Shown: positions 60,192 to 64,000 of the stretch, in pieces
Numbering within the stretch: the stretch's first letter is position 1
Layout of the letters: each line of letters opens with the position of its first letter
NCBI GenBank assembly: GCA_963691875.1
Contig: OY829846.1
Coordinates: 2,752,001 to 2,816,000 of the forward strand
DNA from: Aureliella sp.
Lineage (GTDB): Bacteria; Planctomycetota; Planctomycetia; Pirellulales; Pirellulaceae
DNA length: 64,000 nt
Direction of reading: 5' to 3'
Position numbers and translations under genes: made by a program
The notes under the pieces: model-generated
What the model was told of the DNA's origin: nothing
Seen by the model: only the letters and a program-made list of their open reading frames with translations
Databases searched by the model: none

Positions 60192-62888
60192 TCAATCGAT
60201 GTAGAGGAACTCGTTGGAGCTAAGTAAAGCATGGCAAAACGCGGCGAAGGCTAATGAATCCGGCGGGGCGTTGTCTTTTTCAGCAGGCCCCGACTCCTTC
60301 TCAAACTTTGCCGGGTTTTCTTTGTAGTATTTCTCCTGGACTGCAATGAATGCTTCAGAATCCTGAACTTCCGCCTCACTCGCCTCCCTTCCATAGCAAA
60401 GCGAAAATGCCAATCGGATTCGGGACGCGCGATCTGCTGCTTCGAAAGCCTGTAATCGCTGTGAGAGAAATCTTGCGTACTCTCGCATTCCAGTACTGTT
60501 CATCAGCAGCAAGCTTTGTGGACTGACGGTCGTCTCCGGACGCGATGCGCAATTCGCATCCGTCATGCTAGGAGCGTCAAATGTCGTCAACATATCGAGC
60601 GGACGGCTTCGGCGTACTTGGATGTAAATACTCCGACGAAACTCTTCACCATTAAGCGGAATGTACTTTCCGGTCTGTCGGCCCGCACTGTCGGTCGTAT
60701 CGTTCCCCACCACAATGGAGCCGTCAGTCGTCGGCATTACCGGAATCGGCGGTCCAAAGGGCTTCCGATTGAGCTTGCCGGCGACCGCAAGCAAAGAGTC
60801 TCTGAATACTTCAGCTTCTAGTCTTCGCGCATTTTGCCGACTGAGTAGTCGGTTGTCTGGATCCAATTCGTCGCCGAGTTTCGATCTTCGCGACGACTGT
60901 TTCCAAGTCTGGCTGGTGAGAATCAATCGATGAAGCTCCTTCAATCTCCACCCAGACTCCATAAAGCGATAGGCGAGATAATCTAGCAGTTCAGGATGCG
61001 ATGGAAGGTCCCCGAGAACACCAAAGTCACTGACGCTCGCAACAAGTCCAAGTCCAAAATGATGCTTCCAGACTCGATTGACAATGACGCGAGCAAGCAA
61101 AGGATGCCGGCCATCCGTGATCGACCTAGCGAATGCCAGACGCCGGCCCGTTGTAGACAATTCCTCGGAAAACTCGGGAAGTTGCGTTACTCTCCAGCTA
61201 GCCAGTACGGAGAGATCACTTGGCGTTACTTTCTCTTTTGGTGAATCCGGGTTGCCGCGAAAAAACACGTGCGTCGAATCGACCGCTTCGGGCTTCTTCG
61301 CCTGCTCCGCGAACGCCTGCACGAACTCTGCCTTTGGCTTAGTGTTACGAACAGCCTGGGCCCGAGCCGCGATCTCCTTCAGTGTGCCCGCATGCTTCGT
61401 TTTGTAAGTGCTGTCGTAGAGATAGAGACTGGAAGCACTGAGCTTGTTGATACTTGGGTTCTGAGCTAGCAGCTTCTTCTGCCCCGCGCTGCGTTTTTTC
61501 ACCTCAGTGTTGTAGGCCTCACGCAAATCTTCTCGAATCGATTCTTCTCGCTTCGCTAGTTCCTTTTCCAAAACCTCAGCAATGAACTGTTCTTCTTTCG
61601 TCGCGCGTTCCGCGTCGATTTTTTTTGCTTCCTTCTCGATCTCTGCGGCTTGCGTAGCTTGTTGTTTCGTTTGCAGTGAAACCAAACGATTCCGTGGGAC
61701 TCTCCATTGCTTGATGTCAAAGCCCGGCTCGAAAACCGCGCGAAGACTGTAGTAGTCTGCCTGCGTGATCGGATCGTACCGGTGATTGTGGCACTGAGCG
61801 CACTCGATTGTCATGCCATACAAAGTAGAGCTGACGATCTTAATGGTGTCCGTTACGCACTGGTTACGAGTCGACATATTGTTCAAGCTTGCCGAGCCAT
61901 CCGGTGCCATGCGAAGAAAGCCGGTAGCCGTCATCAACTCGGCATAGCGTGCCCTCTCCCGTTCTTTATCTGAGTTGGCGTGCACACCCTCTGTTGCAGC
62001 AATCTCGTCACCGGCCAATTGCTCGCGAATGAACTCGTCATAAGGCTTGTCATTGTTCAAGGAGCGAATGACATAGTCTCGGTAACGCCAAGCATGCTCT
62101 CGGACGACATCTTTCTCATCGTACCCGTTCGAGTCCGCATAGCCGGCTAAATCCAGCCAGTGACGTCCCCAGCGTTCGCCGTAAGCCTGTGAGTTCAAAA
62201 GGCGTTCTATCAGCGACCTGTAGGCGGACTCGGGTGCATACTTGAACTGTTCGGTGAACGTTGTTATTTCGTTCGGTTTCGGTGGCAGTCCTGCGAGATC
62301 AAAGTGCAGTCGGCGGATGAGAGTTCGAGCGTCTACCTCCGATGAGAAAGCCAGGTTTGCCTGCTTGAGCGAGCGGGCAACGAATCGGTCGATCGCATTT
62401 GTCGAATCCGTAAGCTCGTTTGCTTCAGGAATTGATGGTAACACAATAGGCTGCAACGACCACCAGCTTCTTTCTTCTTGCGTGAAAGCCTCCAATTCAT
62501 CCGGGTTATCAGGCTCTGCACGAGCCGTATTTGCTCCCTGCTTGATCCATTTAGCGATCAAATCAATCTGCTCTTCTGGCAGCTTTTCTTTTCCTTCGGG
62601 CATCTGCCCGGAAGTGAGAACCTCGACAAGCAAACTCTCATTGGGATTTCCCGGGACGATAGCAACTCCGGAATCACCACCCGCAGATAGAAAACGTCGC
62701 AAGCGAAGATCAAGCCCACCTCCAGTTTCTTCCTCCTCTCCATGGCAGTGGAAGCAATGTTGCTTGAGGATCGGGCGAACATGCTTCTCAAAAACAAGCG
62801 AAATGTCCTCGTCCGCGGGCAGATCTTGAGTAGCTAACGCTAGGGCTGAGACGAAAACCAACGTGAAAGCAAGATTGGATTTAATCAT
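60192..62888 (-). CDS. Planctomycete cytochrome c / DUF1549 / DUF1553 protein
   Basis: FEKHVRPILKQHCFHCH, YGERWGRHWLDLAGYADS, CAQCHNHRYDPI, PSHPELLD, SNEFLYID. Confidence 0.94.
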   Translation of the reverse strand: MIKSNLAFTLVFVSALALATQDLPADEDISLVFEKHVRPILKQHCFHCHGEEEETGGGLDLRLRRFLSAGGDSGVAIVPGNPNESLLVEVLTSGQMPEGKEKLPEEQIDLIAKWIKQGANTARAEPDNPDELEAFTQEERSWWSLQPIVLPSIPEANELTDSTNAIDRFVARSLKQANLAFSSEVDARTLIRRLHFDLAGLPPKPNEITTFTEQFKYAPESAYRSLIERLLNSQAYGERWGRHWLDLAGYADSNGYDEKDVVREHAWRYRDYVIRSLNNDKPYDEFIREQLAGDEIAATEGVHANSDKERERARYAELMTATGFLRMAPDGSASLNNMSTRNQCVTDTIKIVSSTLYGMTIECAQCHNHRYDPITQADYYSLRAVFEPGFDIKQWRVPRNRLVSLQTKQQATQAAEIEKEAKKIDAERATKEEQFIAEVLEKELAKREESIREDLREAYNTEVKKRSAGQKKLLAQNPSINKLSASSLYLYDSTYKTKHAGTLKEIAARAQAVRNTKPKAEFVQAFAEQAKKPEAVDSTHVFFRGNPDSPKEKVTPSDLSVLASWRVTQLPEFSEELSTTGRRLAFARSITDGRHPLLARVIVNRVWKHHFGLGLVASVSDFGVLGDLPSHPELLDYLAYRFMESGWRLKELHRLILTSQTWKQSSRRSKLGDELDPDNRLLSRQNARRLEAEVFRDSLLAVAGKLNRKPFGPPIPVMPTTDGSIVVGNDTTDSAGRQTGKYIPLNGEEFRRSIYIQVRRSRPLDMLTTFDAPSMTDANCASRPETTVSPQSLLLMNSTGMREYARFLSQRLQAFEAADRASRIRLAFSLCYGREASEAEVQDSEAFIAVQEKYYKENPAKFEKESGPAEKDNAPPDSLAFAAFCHALLSSNEFLYID

Positions 62889-63484
62889 GACAATGGAGTC
62901 ACCACGCACAGGGCTCGAAGGGGTTCAAGCGATTGCAAAGGTAGGAATGCCGCACAGTCCTGAAGGAAGATGCTTAGCAGAACTCTCTGGCCATGCTTCG
63001 CCGAACCGGCAGGTTGCTCGGGAGGTAGGAGGGACGGACCGCACACCGACTTTCTATAAGATAGCTGCTTTCGTGTGAAAAATCTCGGTAAACAGGCGAG
63101 TGAACAGCACGAGCGGTAACGAATGGGGTTGAACTGCATTCGTGAATACTGAGCCAAACTAGTAGCAGTGCTGGCAGCCTATCACCCGTACGAGCTGGCT
63201 CGGGTCGCTGTTACTCAAGGCCAACGGTAAATGCTTTCACGCATCGTCATTTCTGGGCCATGCTCAAAAGAACAAGACGATCTATTGAGCACTATGGCAA
63301 AGTAACAAGATTATTGTGCGACCGCGATCAAGTCTCAGCAGTATCGTGAAGCTAAAGCCAAGAAAGCGGGTAGGGAGTTGAAACTTGGTACGGTAACTAG
63401 CGTTTACGAGGAGCTGTGATAGGGCCGCATTTGTCACGTCCTACTTCCGCTCGATTCAGCTGGCGAAATGGAACGATCGAGTTC

Positions 63485-63979
63485 TTAGATCTCAAGATCT
63501 CGCGGTCGGCAAGAATCTTCCAGGCTCCACTCCGCTTTGCGGACAGAGTGCTTCCATGTTTCCGCTTCGGTTTGGAATACGCCCAAAGCAGCTGTAGGGA
63601 GTTCCATGCCAACGCCAGCCAACGCCCCACAAAGTGCTGACATACCAGGGTTGTGCCCAAGCACCAAAACAGTGCTCCAAGAATCATGTAGCACATCCAC
63701 GTGGCCAGAGATTTCGTCAGGCGATGCGAGATAGAGACTTGTTTCGGTCAAGACCTCCGCTTCGCGCTGCCAAGTGGCTTGCATCAGCTCCAACGTCTGC
63801 TGAACACGGACCGCTGAACTCGCGAGGATGAAATCAGGCGAATGACCTTGATGTTCAAGATAGTTTGCAACGAGCGGAGCGGAGCGGCGGCCTCGAGGAT
63901 TCAAAGGTCGATCGTGATCCGAGAGCGACTCATCGCTCCAATCACTTTTGGCGTGCCGCATTAAGATCAGTTTGCGCAT
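63485..63979 (-). CDS. sixA: SixA-like histidine phosphatase
   Basis: LILMRHAKS, DHDRPLNPRG, SSAVRVQQT, LGHNPG. Confidence 0.9.
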   Translation of the reverse strand: MRKLILMRHAKSDWSDESLSDHDRPLNPRGRRSAPLVANYLEHQGHSPDFILASSAVRVQQTLELMQATWQREAEVLTETSLYLASPDEISGHVDVLHDSWSTVLVLGHNPGMSALCGALAGVGMELPTAALGVFQTEAETWKHSVRKAEWSLEDSCRPRDLEI

Positions 63980-64000
63980 CAGTGGGAAAACAAGAATTCG

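Noticed and set aside
62910..63484. Possible ncRNA or small gene in a 570-bp gap
   Set aside because: No recognisable structure, tRNA motif or credible ORF

Overview
A planctomycete-type chromosomal window (Pirellulaceae-like gene content: DUF1559 prepilins, a DUF1549/DUF1553 + DUF1501 pair, a PVM microcompartment, an H4MPT Orf20-like gene). All calls come from motif reading; no database searches were run. 1-13.6 kb: end of a type IV pilus/T2SS-like operon with pilC/gspF, four large prepilin-like proteins and a 2271-aa PilX/GspK-like protein, closed by a strong terminator. 13.6-46 kb: mixed housekeeping and accessory genes (dnaE2 with no adjacent imuAB, DUF1559 + lipoprotein, aguA/aguB, bioD, hemH, a membrane-anchored ECF sigma factor, an LRAT protein, an octaheme cytochrome, Orf20-like, greA, a UDPGP-family pyrophosphorylase, an ABC exporter, a DUF1559 pseudogene, egtD-egtB). 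46.2-55.6 kb: a 12-gene Planctomycetes-Verrucomicrobia metabolosome (PVM) operon with REP-like palindromes in its spacers. 56.1-58.2 kb: a decayed CapV-like patatin gene, visible only as fragments in the ORF track, split by a ~1.1 kb insert carrying the 3' tail of a CusA-like RND gene and an intact PepSY gene. 58.7-64 kb: DUF1501, DUF1549/1553 cytochrome and sixA. No rRNA, tRNA, CRISPR array or transposase was seen.
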